Source of the DNA: Eledone cirrhosa
Taxonomy: Eukaryota
Assembly (NCBI GenBank): GCA_964016885.1
Contig: CAXHJY010001576.1
Coordinates: forward strand, 62,001 to 126,000
Reading direction: 5' to 3'
Length of the DNA: 64,000 nt
The notes under the pieces were generated by a model. It saw only the letters and a program-made list of their open reading frames with translations. It ran no database searches and had not been told where the DNA came from. Positions 12,566-26,293 of the stretch are shown one piece after another (position 1 is the stretch's first letter; every line of letters begins with the position of its first letter). The position numbers and the translations under genes are program-made.

Positions 12566-13976
12566 CTTTCTCTCAGTTAGAACTTGGAAATGATATTTTC
12601 ACAACTATAACTGAAAGTAAATCAATGTGTACCCAAAGAAATAATCAAGTCTCCTAGACTAACTATAATGTATATTTGGTTATTGGCTCATGTTTCATCG
12701 ATCCTGATAAACGACTTTAAGGCAACATACTTTCGATTTGGGGGACCACAGAATTTTATTTATTTACATATCTGTTACTCTATCCCCCCTCCCATTTATA
12801 TATTTTCATCTTATCCGATCTATTTTTACCTCAGTCCTATTTAACATTCAAGACTTCATATTGACTTTTCTCTTCTGTTGCAAGAATAGTCACATGACTA
12901 GGGTTTCTAAAGCCCGAATCTAAAATAAAACTGCACGGTATCATGTTTATAGTGTGATGTAATACCAACAGAACTAATGTAAAACATACCATATAGGAGC
13001 CACGAGACCCATACAGTGACTCCACCTGAATGTTTCTTTTGGGTGTTTATCCTACCTAAAATTAATCAGTGGAGTAAAGTTATTTATTTATTTTGCACAC
13101 AACAGACTGTCTCGCAGCATTGAGATAACAACTCCATTTCTATAAGGACGGGTGCTGTTACCGTTACACTCTGATAACTTTCATTTCTCGCCTGTAGGAA
13201 TGCAACTTATCTTAACTCGACGCCATTTCTATTCATTCGTATTTTTGGAAGAGGTATCACACTAAACAAAGTATGGTGTTTCATATTAGATATGCGTTGT
13301 TGTTGTTGTTTCTATGATAAGTTGAAGGAGCGCTGTAGGATTGTGGTTTAGCTCCCAGCCTGCAAATCAAGGCTGGGATTAGCTTTCGATTTCCGGTAAG
13401 AATTATTTAACTTTACTCGTGTCGTTAATATACCCTTGGGAAATAAAACAAATACAACGAACACATTCCAAACACCAACAACAACAACAGTAACATCAAC
13501 AATATATATTTATTGTTTGAAGCTTGGGAAAACCTAAGCGGAGTATAGAAAAAACAAAACAAAACAAAAACCACAACATCTAAACAACTGTTCATTGTTA
13601 CGACTCTCTAAGTATATACATAATAGAGGTTTCTATATATTTGAAAGAAAACAGTTATTGTTGGTAATCTGGTTCTTGTTGATGCTGACTGGACAAAAAA
13701 TTAACTTTATTATATACATAAACTTTCTGGTTATCATAATCGAAAATTTTCTGTTTGCGTCAGCTTCATATATTTTCTGTAGTTGTTAACAATGAAATTG
13801 TTCGTATTAGGAATCGAAATTGAGACAATATTCTCGAAATTTAGAGAGTAGAGAGAAAATAACCGTAACCAAATGCATCGTTGAATTCTAACAGACGAGT
13901 TGAATTCTAACTTAGAGAAATGCAATTTCAAATAAAAACAAAAGCAATTGAAATGAAAGTAAAACACTTTTTGAAG

Positions 13977-14181
13977 CAATCATGTCAAACTGAGGGTCCC
14001 CCGAGGGTTACACGGGTTACATATGTATTTTCTAAGGGCCACACACGACAACTATTTGCGCACATAACAACTAATTTTACGAAAATAAAACATGCTCGTG
14101 TTGAAAAAACCTTTGTGCGGACCGAAGGTGTGTTTGTAAATGGCCGCATGCAGCCCGCGGGCCCCATGTTTGACATGCCTG
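13977..14181 (+). mobile_element. hAT (Charlie/Buster-like) MITE
   Basis: CAATCATGTCAAAC / GTTTGACATGCCTG TIRs; TSD TTTTGAAG/TTTTAAAG. Confidence 0.88.
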
Positions 14182-14484
14182 TTTTAAAGGAATCCAATAA
14201 ATACAAAATTCTGAAGAGACTTGATATTGTGAGGAGAAAGAAAATGCAGAACTAACATTGTAAAAAGCTGAAAAGAAAACTGTGTGGCAATAAACTGACT
14301 GGCTAAATGGATGGCAAAAGTATTTTTAATATGGTCTAAAACTGACTAAACTGAACTGTAACATAGATCTACTTCGCAATTGTCTCTTCTCTTCTTGTTA
14401 CATATATTGTATCCATCTGACTACAAGACTTCTCATTAACTCCATTTTTACAGTCTCTTCTCACTGTCCTGGGTTGATATAGAC

Positions 14485-14898
14485 CAGAGGTTCTCAGAGT
14501 GGGTGCTACCCCCCCCCCCCCACAGGGACACTGGGAAGATCCAGCGGAGCGATAGGGCCTAAAGGGGCGGCGAGGAAGCGGTAGAAATGATGATATAATA
14601 CTATATCAAATATCAAATGATACATATTATATGTAAATATATAATATATATCATTTGATATTTTATACACTATTGTATCATAAATATAGTAAAATGAAAA
14701 ATATATAATATTTATTTATACATATTATATATTATATAATTTATTATATATAAATTAACGATTTTATGTATTATATATTATTTACAATTTGCGTGTAGGT
14801 AGATCTCTTTTGAAATAGGGGCTGGTGGTGGTGGTGGTGGTGGTGGGTATTACGTGGCTGTGAGGGGAGCGGTGGCCGCAAATGTTTGAGAACCTGTC
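14485..14898. mobile_element. hAT MITE with AT-rich interior
   Basis: TIR CAGAGGTTCTCA / TGAGAACCTGTC; perfect 8-bp TSD ATATAGAC at 14477-14484 and 14899-14906. Confidence 0.88.
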
Positions 14899-15386
14899 AT
14901 ATAGACAATGAGAATTGACAACAACAATCGAGAAGCACGGGTCTCGTAGGTGAACCGGAAGGGTTCATGAGTGTGGCATAGAATCAAAGCCTTCTTATCA
15001 GAAACTACCAAATAGCATGTAATAATGAAGAATACATTAAGTAACTGCAGAGTGTTTGGAGACAGGGCCGAATCAATTAATCGTATTGTATCCTTTATGC
15101 CCCAAAGCACATTGTCCGACACTCTACAGATACTGCCTAACGATTCTTATAATAGCAAGTGTTTTGTGAATAAATAAAAATATGTATAAAATACATATCC
15201 CAAACCCCGGGATATACAAATATGCACAGCATATAGAACATAGCAAACTAGGTACTGCACACACATTACGTAAAGTATCTTCAGTAATATAGAAGTAACA
15301 CAACTGTACATATCCAAACCACTGTACATATCCAAGACATACAACACGGCAATCAACAATGCAGTGAAAGGATGCAATAAAATAAT

Positions 15387-15568
15387 TGTTTCTACTTTAG
15401 GCACAAGGCCAGCAATTACCCAGTGCATTACTGGTACTTTATTTTATCGACCCCGTAAGGATGAAAGGCAAAGTCAACCTCGGCGGGATTTGAACTCAGA
15501 TCGTAAAGGGACGTAACTATGCTGGAAAGCATGGCGAACGACCCTCTACCGACAACTGCCAATTCACC
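15387..15568 (-). mobile_element. SINE-A, full length
   Basis: A box TGGCAG..TCGG, B box GAGTTCAAATCC; 18-bp TSD AGGATGCAATAAAATAAT at 15369-15386 and 15569-15586. Confidence 0.92.
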
Positions 15569-15683
15569 AGGATGCAATAAAATAATACGACTGAATAATA
15601 ACAACAATGAAAACAACACCGTCGCCACCACCACCACCACCACCACCACCACAACAACAACAACAACAACAACAACGACAACA

Positions 15684-15727
<44 letters not shown>

Positions 15728-15749
15728 AACAACAACAACAATAATAATG

Positions 15750-16004
15750 GTTTCTTATATAGGTACAAGGCCAGCAATTTTGGGGGAGGAGAAAGTCGAT
15801 GAAATCGACCCCAGTGTATTACTGGTACTTTATTTTATCGACCCCGTAAGGATGAAAGGCAAAGTTAACCTCGGCGGTATTTGAATTCAGATCATAAGGG
15901 GCTGTAACTCTATGCTGCAAAGCATGGCGTCCGGCCCTCTACCGATACTGCTAATCCACCTCCCTAACAACAACAACAACAAAAACAACAACAACAACAA
16001 CAAC

Positions 16005-16046
<42 letters not shown>

Positions 16047-16150
16047 TGTTTCTACTTTTGGCACAAGGTCAGCAATTATCCCAGTGTATTACATAAGGAT
16101 GAAAGGCAAAGTTAACCTCGGCGGGATTTGAACTAAGATCATAAAGGGCC
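15750..16150 (-). mobile_element. Two SINE-A copies (long-tail variant 15750-15960; deleted copy 16046-16150) in (AAC/AAT)n
   Basis: Homology to 15387-15568; both tails abut (AAT)n. Confidence 0.88.
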
Positions 16151-16167
16151 AATAAATAATAATAATA

Positions 16168-17440
16168 TCTTGAAGGAGAGCCAAAAATATGCTACTGATC
16201 TCATTCTTGATGCCCAGGCTGGACAGACTAAAGAAACTGTTGCAACTGATGCTGCTAGGCACATAAAATCACTGGCAATAGCAAAAGGGCAAGGACAATT
16301 AACATCAAATTGGGAGCAGAAACCTCTGCATGGCAAATATATGGCCCATAGCAAACAAGCTGATGTTGACCAAAAGCACACTCATCAGTAGCTACGTAGT
16401 TTAGGGCTAAAGGAGGAGAGTGGAGCCTTCATCTTAGCTGCCCAAGATCAAAGTTTATTGACTCGTAATTACCAGTTAGCAGAATCGGTAGAGAGCCGGA
16501 CGCCTTGCTTTGACGCATAGAGTTACGGCCCTTGCCATTCTGAGTTCAAATCCTGCAGAGGTTAACTTTGCCTTTCATCCTTACGGGGTCGATAAAATAA
16601 AGTACCAGTAATGTACTGGATAATTGCTGTCCTTGTGTCAAAAGTATAAACAATTACCAGGCCAATGTGAAACTCTGGCCTGTTAGAAAAATAGAAAAAA
16701 TTACTAGGCCAAAGTGCCGATTCTGCAGTGCTGAGGTTGAAACAGTGGATCACTTAGTTTCTGGATGATGTAAAGTTTTAGCACCAGTAGAATACAAATA
16801 TAGACATGACAGAGTTGGCCAATATCTACACTGGGTAATATGTCGGCATTACAAAATCAAAGCTGAAGACAAGTGGTACAACCATCACCCCGAGGCTGTA
16901 ACTGAAGGAGAAAAAGAAACAATTCTCTGGGACTTTCCTGTACATACTGACAGGACTATAAAAGCAAATAGACCTGACATCATTGTAAAAGATCAACATA
17001 ACAAGGTCTGTTTGTTGATAGATATGAGCATCCAATGTGATCACATTATCGCGGCAAAAGAATTTGACAAGCTACGAAAATATAAAGATTTGCTTATTGA
17101 AATTGAGAAAATGTGGCACCTCAAGGCCGTTACAATACCAGTGATTGTGGGAGGACTGGGTATGATCAAGAAAGGAACAGAACAATATTTGCGAATGATT
17201 CCTGGTTTACCCTCTCTGCACGAGGTGCAAAAAATTGTTTTGACTGGTACTGCACACGTATTGAGAAGAGCATTATCTCTATAAGATTGCACATGTGTAT
17301 ATATGTATACTGTTTTTTTTTGTTTTTTTTTAAAATTATAATCAATGTGCTGCATTAACTGGCTTACCAATGCACACTGTGAATTTATTTGCACTGGGTG
17401 TCAGGAAGACACTCGGCATATATCTCAGACACAATAATGA
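16168..17440 (+). mobile_element. R4/Dong-type non-LTR retrotransposon, 5'-truncated and degraded (zinc knuckle, restriction-like endonuclease, 3' UTR)
   Basis: Motifs KPLHGKY, AAQDQSLLTRNY, KCRFC..ETVDHLVSG, RHDRVG, NRPDIIV, LIDMSI, KLRKYKDL, IPVIVGGLG, QKIVLTGTAHVLRR; contains stops and frameshifts; flanked by (AAT)n. Confidence 0.88.
16476..16651 (+). mobile_element. SINE-A inserted into the R4-type LINE
   Basis: TSD AATTACCAG at 16467-16475 and 16652-16660; removing it restores ...TRNYQANV. Confidence 0.92.
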
Positions 17441-17810
17441 AAGAAAAAAAAAAAAAAAAAAATAATAATAATAACAACAATAATAGAAATGGTACTAATA
17501 CTGATGTTGACGGTAAAGATGGCGTTCGGTGTTGGTGATGTTGATGATGATGAATAAACAAATAATTGAAGTGATCATTCACGTTATTTCCTTACACTAG
17601 TATTATTTCTCTACAACATATAAGTTGTTCTCCTAATTCACAAGTAAAAACTAAAAGGTCACCGACATTTTGACATGTTGACATTAACAAGAATACTCAG
17701 CCATATCAGCAGAGTTTTTGAAACTTTTTCTAAAGTTTATATGAATGTTTTATTGGCTGAATTTGGTGCCCCGGAGCCAGAGGTTATTTGCAGACGATAA
17801 TATGCTTCGC

Positions 17811-17885
<75 letters not shown>

Positions 17886-17916
17886 TATGTATATATATAT
17901 GTATATATGTATGTGC

Positions 17917-17948
<32 letters not shown>

Positions 17949-18678
17949 ATGTATGCATGTGCTTATAATCGTACGCATGTATGAACATATGTACGTAACC
18001 GAGTTTCTATGTATACACACAGAATAAACACATACGCACATCTATGCACATATACATATATACAGTTGTGTGTGTTTAAGTGTCCTGTCCTTTGTGCGTA
18101 ATTGGAAAGAAAAGAAAAGATATGAAAGATACAGGATGTGGGACAGTTAGTTAAGATTCCATGCCAAGGGGCAAACAGAGAGGAGATAAGCCGACCGTAG
18201 ATCTATATGTCTGACAATATCGATCAGTAACATCTTTATTGGTTTGGTGTTCCTCAGCAACACAATAATGTATCTACTGCCAAATATTCCACCACTTTCT
18301 TCTACACCTGCCTAGAACACAGACATTTTTTTTCATTACTGAAACTTTCTAAGCAGCCAATGCACTTCAGATAGAAGCCTAGCAAAGTTCAAGCCATTAC
18401 AATGAAACGAGGAAACTATTTAATAAATACAGTCTATACCTCGTCTTGTCATCATATATTCTCACCACCACAACAACTTTAATTTGACCAAATAACTCCT
18501 TTTATATCATCAAAGACAACAATGATGAGAAAAGCAACAACAATAACATAAACAACTATAATAATAGCAGGAGTTTCCTTTGCATTTTTCTTATTTGTTT
18601 GAAATTTTTTGAGAGAAAATTTTAAAGAAAATTTAATTATACTAAGATTATTGATGGAGTACAATATTCACAGTGAAC

Positions 18679-18727
18679 ATCCTCCTCCTCCTCCTCCTCC
18701 TCCTCCTCCTCCTCCTCCTCCTCCTCC

Positions 18728-18768
<41 letters not shown>

Positions 18769-18910
18769 TTCATCATCATCATCATCATCGTCATCATCCT
18801 CATCATCATCATCATCATCATCATCATTCCCATCCGATCCTTTCCTTCTCATCTTCCTCACCACCACCACAACCATCACCACCACCACCACCAACGTCAA
18901 CAACAACCAC
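18679..18910. repeat. (CCT)n(CAT)n(ACC)n microsatellite
   Basis: Direct reading. Confidence 0.95.
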
Positions 18911-20674
18911 ATCACTGCTATTACAATTACTGACACTGTAGTGATGTTACCAATACCAACTATAACCAACTGCTATCACTACAACTAAGTCATCTTCATG
19001 ATACCACGATGGCACTGTATAGAAGTTGTTTTAATAATGTGTTAGACACTCTATCTAGTACTTCAAATGGCAATAGATGTAGAAATATTACTTGATATGA
19101 ACCACCATATAGCATAGCAGCTGCAATGCCGGTAGCTAGTCTTCGTCACATTTTTTAAAAAGTATCTTTCGATATTGTACAAGTACTTTCTAATACTTAA
19201 CAAAGTCCCTAACATTTCTTTTTACTCTGATAAACGAAAGTTTTACCAAAACCTTTTCAACTCCAATATCATTAACCAAACGTCTGATATTCTGCTCTAG
19301 TAGACAATGTAATTGTTTCAAGCCTAACTCATTCCCCGTTCGTTAACAATACTTCACTAAAGGAGGTATATACTAATCTAATGTGTGGAGGAGCTACATA
19401 TCAAAGGGCTATATTGGTATGATATATTAAGCCTTTCAAACAACGATACTATTGCTATATACATACATTAGAAAGCCTAACAGATCTAATCAGATATCAC
19501 AAGCTTCGTAGAACTGAAAACTGAAATAAGTCTCTATCATTCTATCTAAGCTGGAAAATCTCCAAAAGAGTAAATTCGCAATCGGCTTATAAGAAACCAC
19601 GCAGCCTGTGTACAACAGAAAAGTAAAATGTAGATAGTAGGGGGATGTCCACATGAATAAATAATCTGAATCCTTTTCATCTTGCATACTTACAATCCCA
19701 AAGATCTACAGACCATTAAAACCAAATTAATTACTTCGATCTCTAATGCCTATGCTACTTTACTTTGTATTGTGTATTATTCTAAATTTATTATCTCTTG
19801 ACTTATTATATTCATTCTATTTTTTTAATGTTCGTATATATTTTAATTTCACACCTTCCTACTTCTGTCTCTTTATATATTTTAATTTTCTGACAACTGA
19901 CAACGACACGCTGCACCAGTTCAAGTAACATAACGATGATGATATATTTTCCGTAATCTTCCCCATAACTAGTCACCTTCTACCAGTTCCCTATTCAATT
20001 TCACTCCTCCATAATTACATAATTCTAAAAGCCTTTGGCTCTCGCTTCACGGCCTTTCTTTCTTCTAATCCCCCATTTCTGTTTAATCGTACTCCTTTTT
20101 CAACTTACAATATATACTAATTGTGTTAGTATTGTTAAAGCTACTGCCATATCCACAGTTTAACACTAAGTGAAATACTTCAACCCCCATCCCCTAAACA
20201 ATAAAATACTAATTAAATTTCATTCCAATTCTGTTACTATGGTTTATTGATTAATCGTTTATGTTAATGTCGCTATTCCCGCCATCTTTATCTTATCCTC
20301 TTGTAATTATGCATTCGCTCTCGCTATCATTATTGGAAAAAAAAAACAGTCACTAATTACGAGGCACCTTATATCTAAAAAAAACTGTAAATTATACAAA
20401 AACAGATTATTTCAATTTAATTTTTGGCTTACAATTTCTTTCTTCGTTAAACACCAGGCGACGTATTTTTGAATAAACAGAATTAGTTGCGATGTTTTAA
20501 TGATAATATTTCTGAATGGTTTTAAACTTTTATTTGTCTAGTATTATTAACTGGAGATTATCAGCTCGGGTTTAATATGTATAAAACATTTATAAACCTA
20601 ATTTTTTTTCCTTAATTTTAAATTTCACTGAAGCTTTTCCCCAGCAAATAATCCAACATGCATCCGCTGTTGGG

Positions 20675-21246
20675 CGATGATGATGATGATGATGATGATA
20701 AAGAAGAAGAAGAAGAAGAAGAAGAAGAAGAAGAAGAAGAAGAAGAAGAAGAAGAAGAAGAAGAAGAAGAAGAAGATGATGATGATGATGATAGTGTTTG
20801 TAGTAAAGTTTCATCTGATAAGTATTTTCAATTCATTAACCATCTCACAGCTTCTCACAGCTGGTCTAATGGTTCAAAAATACCCACAAGATGACGGTGA
20901 TGTTTGTAATGGCAAAACAAACATTACCACTAAATTTAGAACTATTAACTCACGTATTTCTCTATTTATTAATTTATTGATTGATTAATTAATTAATTTA
21001 TTTATTTGTTTGTTTATTTATTTATTTATTCATTTATTTGTTTATTTATTTATTTGTTTATTTATTTGTTTGTTTGTTTATTTATTTATTTATTCTTTTA
21101 TTTATTAATTAATTAATTAATTAATTAATTAATTTATTTATTTATTTATTTATTTGTTTGTTTATTTATTTATTATTTATTTGTTTATTTATTTATTTAT
21201 TTATTAATTTATTTATTCTTTTATTTATTTATTAATTCATTTATAT

Positions 21247-21281
<35 letters not shown>

Positions 21282-21283
21282 TT
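20675..21283. repeat. (GAT)n(GAA)n at 20675-20792 and (TTTA/TTTG)n at 20965-21283
   Basis: Direct reading. Confidence 0.9.
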
Positions 21284-21765
21284 CAAGCACTTTCTCTTAT
21301 TTCTTCATTTACTTTCCCCCGGCTTAAATAAGTGATCATACATTTTCTGTTCTTTTAAACGTTTGACTTGTAAACCTATTTAACATTAAATTTGAATTTA
21401 AATTATATAGTTATTTTCAATCGAAAATCGTTCAATATTTCCTACATGATGATGATGATGGTGATGATGATGGTGATCATAGCATTAGTGATGGTGGTGG
21501 TGCTGGTGGTGGTGGTGGTATTGAGGATGGTGATGAGGTGGATGGTGATGTGGATGGGGGTGATGAAGTTGGTGGTGGTGATATTGGTATTGAGGATGGT
21601 GATGTGGAGGATGGTGATGTGGATGGAGGTGATGAAGTTGGTGGTGGTGGTATTGAGGATAGTGAGGAGGAGGAGATGGTGATGTGGATGGGGGTGATGA
21701 AGTTGGTGGTGGTGATGTTGGTGATCGTAGTTGTGGTGGTGACAATGATAATGCTGATAATAATA

Positions 21766-22151
21766 ATTTCTAGTATAGGCACAAAGCCAGTAATTTGAGG
21801 GAGAGGAAAGTCGATTAAGTCGGCCCCAGTACGTGACTGGTACTTTAATTTATCGACCCCCTAAGGATGAAAGGCAAAGTTAACCTCGGCGGGAGCTGAA
21901 CTCAGATCATAAAGGGCCGTAACTCCTTGCTGCAAAGCATGGTGTCTGACTCTCTACCGATACTGTCAATCCTGATAATAATTGTTTCTACGTTAGGCAC
22001 AAGGCCAGCAATTACTCAGTGTATTACTGGTACTTTATTTTATCGACCCCGTAAGGATGAAAGGCAAAGTTAACCTCGGCGGGATTTGAACTCAGAATCG
22101 CAAGGGCCGTAACTCTATGCGTCAAAGCATGGCGTCCGACCCTCTACCGAT
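21766..22151 (-). mobile_element. Two adjacent SINE-A copies (21766-21972 long-tail variant; 21982-22151)
   Basis: Homology to SINE-A; each tail abuts ATAAT. Confidence 0.9.
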
Positions 22152-22379
22152 GGAAATTATGATGCTGGCGGCGGTAGTAATGAGAATGGTAGTGATGATG
22201 ATAAGATAGATGATGCTGATGCTGATGATGTTGGTTGTAGTGGTGGCGATGATGATGATGATGATGATGATGGTGATGATGGTGATGATTAGGAGGAGGA
22301 AGGGGAGGAGGAGAAGGAGGAGGATTATGAGAATGATAATGGTGGTGATTTTGGCATTGTTAGTGATGGTCTGGGACGA

Positions 22380-22566
22380 GGCGGTGGATTGGCAGTATCG
22401 GTAGAGGGTCGGACGCCATGCTTTGACGCATAGAGTTACGGCCCTTGCCATTCTGAGTTCAAATCCCGCCGAGGTTAACTTTGCCTTTCATCCTTACGGG
22501 GTCGATAAAATAAAGTACCAGTAATGCACTGGGTAATTGCTGGCTTTGTGCCTAACGTAGAAACAA
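22380..22566 (+). mobile_element. SINE-A, full length
   Basis: GGCGGTGGATTGGCAGTATCGG head, B box, AAACAATTATT tail. Confidence 0.92.
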
Positions 22567-22876
22567 TTATTATTGATGTCATTATGATGATGATGGCGTT
22601 GGTAATGATGATGATGATAATGATGATGATGATGATGATGGTAATAAAAGAAACTATAATTATCACCAACTAGGAAGAGCTAATTCTCCCAATCATTTAT
22701 TTACATATATTTTTCCTATATTCATTCTATATTTACATTCCATTCCTTTTCTGTCCTCTCTCTGCCATTTCCCATTCCTCCATTCCTTGAATTATATAAC
22801 TAGATGCAAACATGACTGTTGCTTTAATCAGTTGACTATCAAACAACATATACTAGTGATGCACTGTCCTTGGTTG

Positions 22877-23146
22877 CAGGGCCGGCACTACCATATAGGT
22901 AAACTAAGCAGCCGCCTTGGACGCTGATTTCCTGGGGCGCATTTCTCCAAATCAACAATTTTGAAAAAAGATAAATTTCAGTTTTATTTATGATCGTTTT
23001 TATCCTGGTTTTAATTCATAAAGGGAAAAATAAATGTTGAAAAAAATGAAAAAAAAATGTATTGTTTATAAATTTTGAAATTGATATTTTTCTTGAGGGG
23101 CCATAATCTAACCTTGCCTAGGGTGCCAGATAGTCTGGTGCTGGCA
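22877..23146. mobile_element. hAT-like MITE
   Basis: CAGGGCCGGCAC left end and degenerate GTGCTGGC right end; no TSD resolved. Confidence 0.5.
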
Positions 23147-23405
23147 ACCAAGCAGGTTGCCGGAATTCGGTAGTGTTGGAGTTGCTTACTGTTTCTACAC
23201 CTTCAATACTTCTAAAGGGAGTTCTACTCTGAATGTTTGCAAAGACATTCTCAATGGATTGATTTTGCTTCAGGTTATTACATATTATACACGAGACTCT
23301 CTTGTTCGCCCCTTCCCCATAAATATATAGATAGATACATTTATACATGCAAACACACTCATACACATACGCATATTTATACATACACATACTCATACAC
23401 ACACA

Positions 23406-23495
<90 letters not shown>

Positions 23496-23505
23496 TATAT
23501 AGAGC

Positions 23506-23580
<75 letters not shown>

Positions 23581-23583
23581 CAA

Positions 23584-23772
23584 CGATCGACTTTCGTCAA
23601 ATCGGACCGAGGGAACGATGTTTACGTTGGTCTTTCCAATTGCTAATACTATCTATCGGTTGCAACTCCAGGTAGAAGGAGCAACGTGAAATAAAGTGTC
23701 TTGCTCAAGGACATAACGCATCACCTGGTCGCAACCTTACGATTGCGAATCCAATTCTCTAACCACACGCCT

Positions 23773-23776
<4 letters not shown>
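23584..23776 (-). mobile_element. tRNA-derived CORE-like SINE (tail type 3) in (TA)n
   Basis: Homologous to 11733-11945; head GTGAAGGCGTGTGGTTAGAG on the minus strand. Confidence 0.82.
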
Positions 23777-23866
<90 letters not shown>

Positions 23867-24343
23867 TGGCTAGATAGATACATTTATGCACACAGATACA
23901 TACAAACATTCATACATTTAGACACATGCATAAGCACTCATACAGATCTACACACAGACATACACACACATAAAGACATACATACACACATACACACACA
24001 CACACACACTCACATCCACACACACATACGCCCACACATACGTACACCCACTAAAACGTTCAGAATTTCACCTGTAACGTCCAAGACAATCTCTAAAAGT
24101 TAGCTTATTGAAAAGCTGAACCAAATCAATAACCCTTTACCTTCTTATAAGAATTTTCCTATATTGATATTGATTTATCGATTACTCTATCCACTACGAA
24201 CAGCTCAATTGATTAGACATGTCCATCATATTGGTGCTATTTATATTGACTAGCATAACTTTGCGTTCTTTACTTAATCTATTTACTTTTCTTTGTCCTT
24301 TTCTCGTATCCTGCTACCCACTAATTATGTATTATATATATAC

Positions 24344-24395
<52 letters not shown>

Positions 24396-24419
24396 ATTTA
24401 TATGTATATATATATATTT

Positions 24420-24465
<46 letters not shown>

Positions 24466-24659
24466 TTTAGTACAGCATTAACGAAGCTTTAGTTCGTGGC
24501 CATGCTAACCAATGCAAATTCGGTCTGTAGCTTTAGCACTCGGATGGGGAAAAGTACCCCAGAGTAATAACAATACGTTTAGACAGCTTAGCAAATCAAA
24601 TATAGTGATCGGCAGTCCAGCCGCATCACTAGAGCAACGAAAATACAGGACTCAGGAAA

Positions 24660-24729
<70 letters not shown>

Positions 24730-24730
24730 G

Positions 24731-25016
24731 TATAGTATATTTGGTAATATACAGTATGTTTTATTAAAAACATTTTGAAGACCTTGCGCTATCAATTTTA
24801 AAGTAGTGACTATGTCACTTATTTCTTTTTTCGGCAAAGGAAGGGAGTACGATGCTCTGAAGAATCACCAACAGTGTGAAACAGAATCTGTCAGCTTCTC
24901 TCCCTTCCTTTGCCGAGAAAAGAAGTAAGTAACATAGTCACTATTTTAAAATTGATAGCGCAAGGTCTTCAAAATGTTTTTAATTAAACATACGGTATAT
25001 TGCCAAATATACTATA
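24731..25016. repeat. Inverted repeat with ~117-bp arms enclosing a hammerhead; Penelope-like pLTR fragment
   Basis: 24731-24847 is an imperfect reverse complement of 24900-25016; (TA)n flanks. Confidence 0.9.
24851..24898 (+). ncRNA. Type I minimal hammerhead ribozyme
   Basis: Stem I GATGCT/AGCTTC, CTGAAGA core, stem II CAC/GTG, GAAA, stem III ACAG-AAT-CTGT, GUC cleavage triplet ending at C24892. Confidence 0.7.
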
Positions 25017-25487
25017 TATACATTCATGTATACATCGCTATTTCAGAGCATCAATCCTAATTTTTAAATATATATATAGAATAAGAAAAAGCGAAGTAGT
25101 TTCAGATGTTAAAGTCCTTTAATGATAATGCTGTGATACATATTTAAATGACGACAGTGGCCACACGGTTCGGTGCGCCCAGTGCCGTGACATCATCAGA
25201 CAGCTTGTTACATAATAAGGTTATGACCATCAACTACCGCAGAGTTCTACGAAACTCGCCTAGGCAGGTCCCCCTCTCAACCAAACAATGACCCCATCCA
25301 GACCTGTAATATGACACGGTTATAGTTTACTGCTAGCCACCCTGTTAGTGGCAGCCGGCCGAAAGCTAGAGGGGGTGGGAGAGTATGAGTATCAATAGGT
25401 CTCAATACTACCCCTAAATTAAGCATGGACAGTAGAATTGACCATCAACTGCTAAGAGAATATATACTTATTTCTAGGTATTATGGT

Positions 25488-25661
25488 CGGCAGTATCGGT
25501 AGAGGGTTTGACGCAATGCTTTGATGCATAGTGACGGCCCTTGCCATTCTGAGTTCAAATCCCGCCGAGCTTAACTTTGCCTTTCCTCCTTACGGGGTCG
25601 ATAAAATAAAGTACCAGTAATGCACTGGGTATTTGCTGGCCTTGTGCTAAAAGTCGAAACA
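25488..25661 (+). mobile_element. SINE-A
   Basis: TSD ATTATGGT at 25480-25487 and 25662-25669. Confidence 0.9.
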
Positions 25662-26161
25662 ATTATGGTTTTACAGTGGAAATTATGAATGAGAGTTAGA
25701 AATTAAAACTAAAAATTAAAAATCAAAAATTAAAAAAAATACAAGTTAGAATCTAGATTGAAGTAAGTAAAAAATATATATGTACATATGATAACTAATA
25801 AATAGGGAGATGTTTAAGTTATAGTAAGAAGTTTTGAAAGTGGGATCAATCTTACAGATATATTATCTACATATTGAACGATAGTAACGTACAGTAGAAC
25901 GGAGGGTAAATTACAGTATGAAACGTAGTAGTTAGGCGAATACATAATTAATATCTCTACCTACCAATAAATGTAATGAAGGAGTAATCAATCGTCCTTG
26001 TTATCCTTTCAATATATATTTCAATATACCCTCGCGTCCCCTTTATTTACGTGTCCCAACGACTTTTTTTAGCCGTTGCTCGCACCAACCGGAGGTATAT
26101 GGTCTTTAAAGCGATGAAATGCCTATGATGGTTGGAAGATCACTGATGAAGGACAAACTTT

Positions 26162-26257
<96 letters not shown>

Positions 26258-26262
26258 ATATG

Positions 26263-26293
<31 letters not shown>

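Noticed and set aside
18140-20330. Possible highly decayed LINE endonuclease/RT fragments
   Set aside because: Only faint motif resemblance amid many stops; cannot be supported without a homology search.
22380-22475. tRNA gene (A and B boxes)
   Set aside because: Continues into a SINE body repeated many times in the window; no cloverleaf or terminator.
26140-26165. CTGATGA hammerhead core next to (TA)n
   Set aside because: No stem II or GAAA follows.
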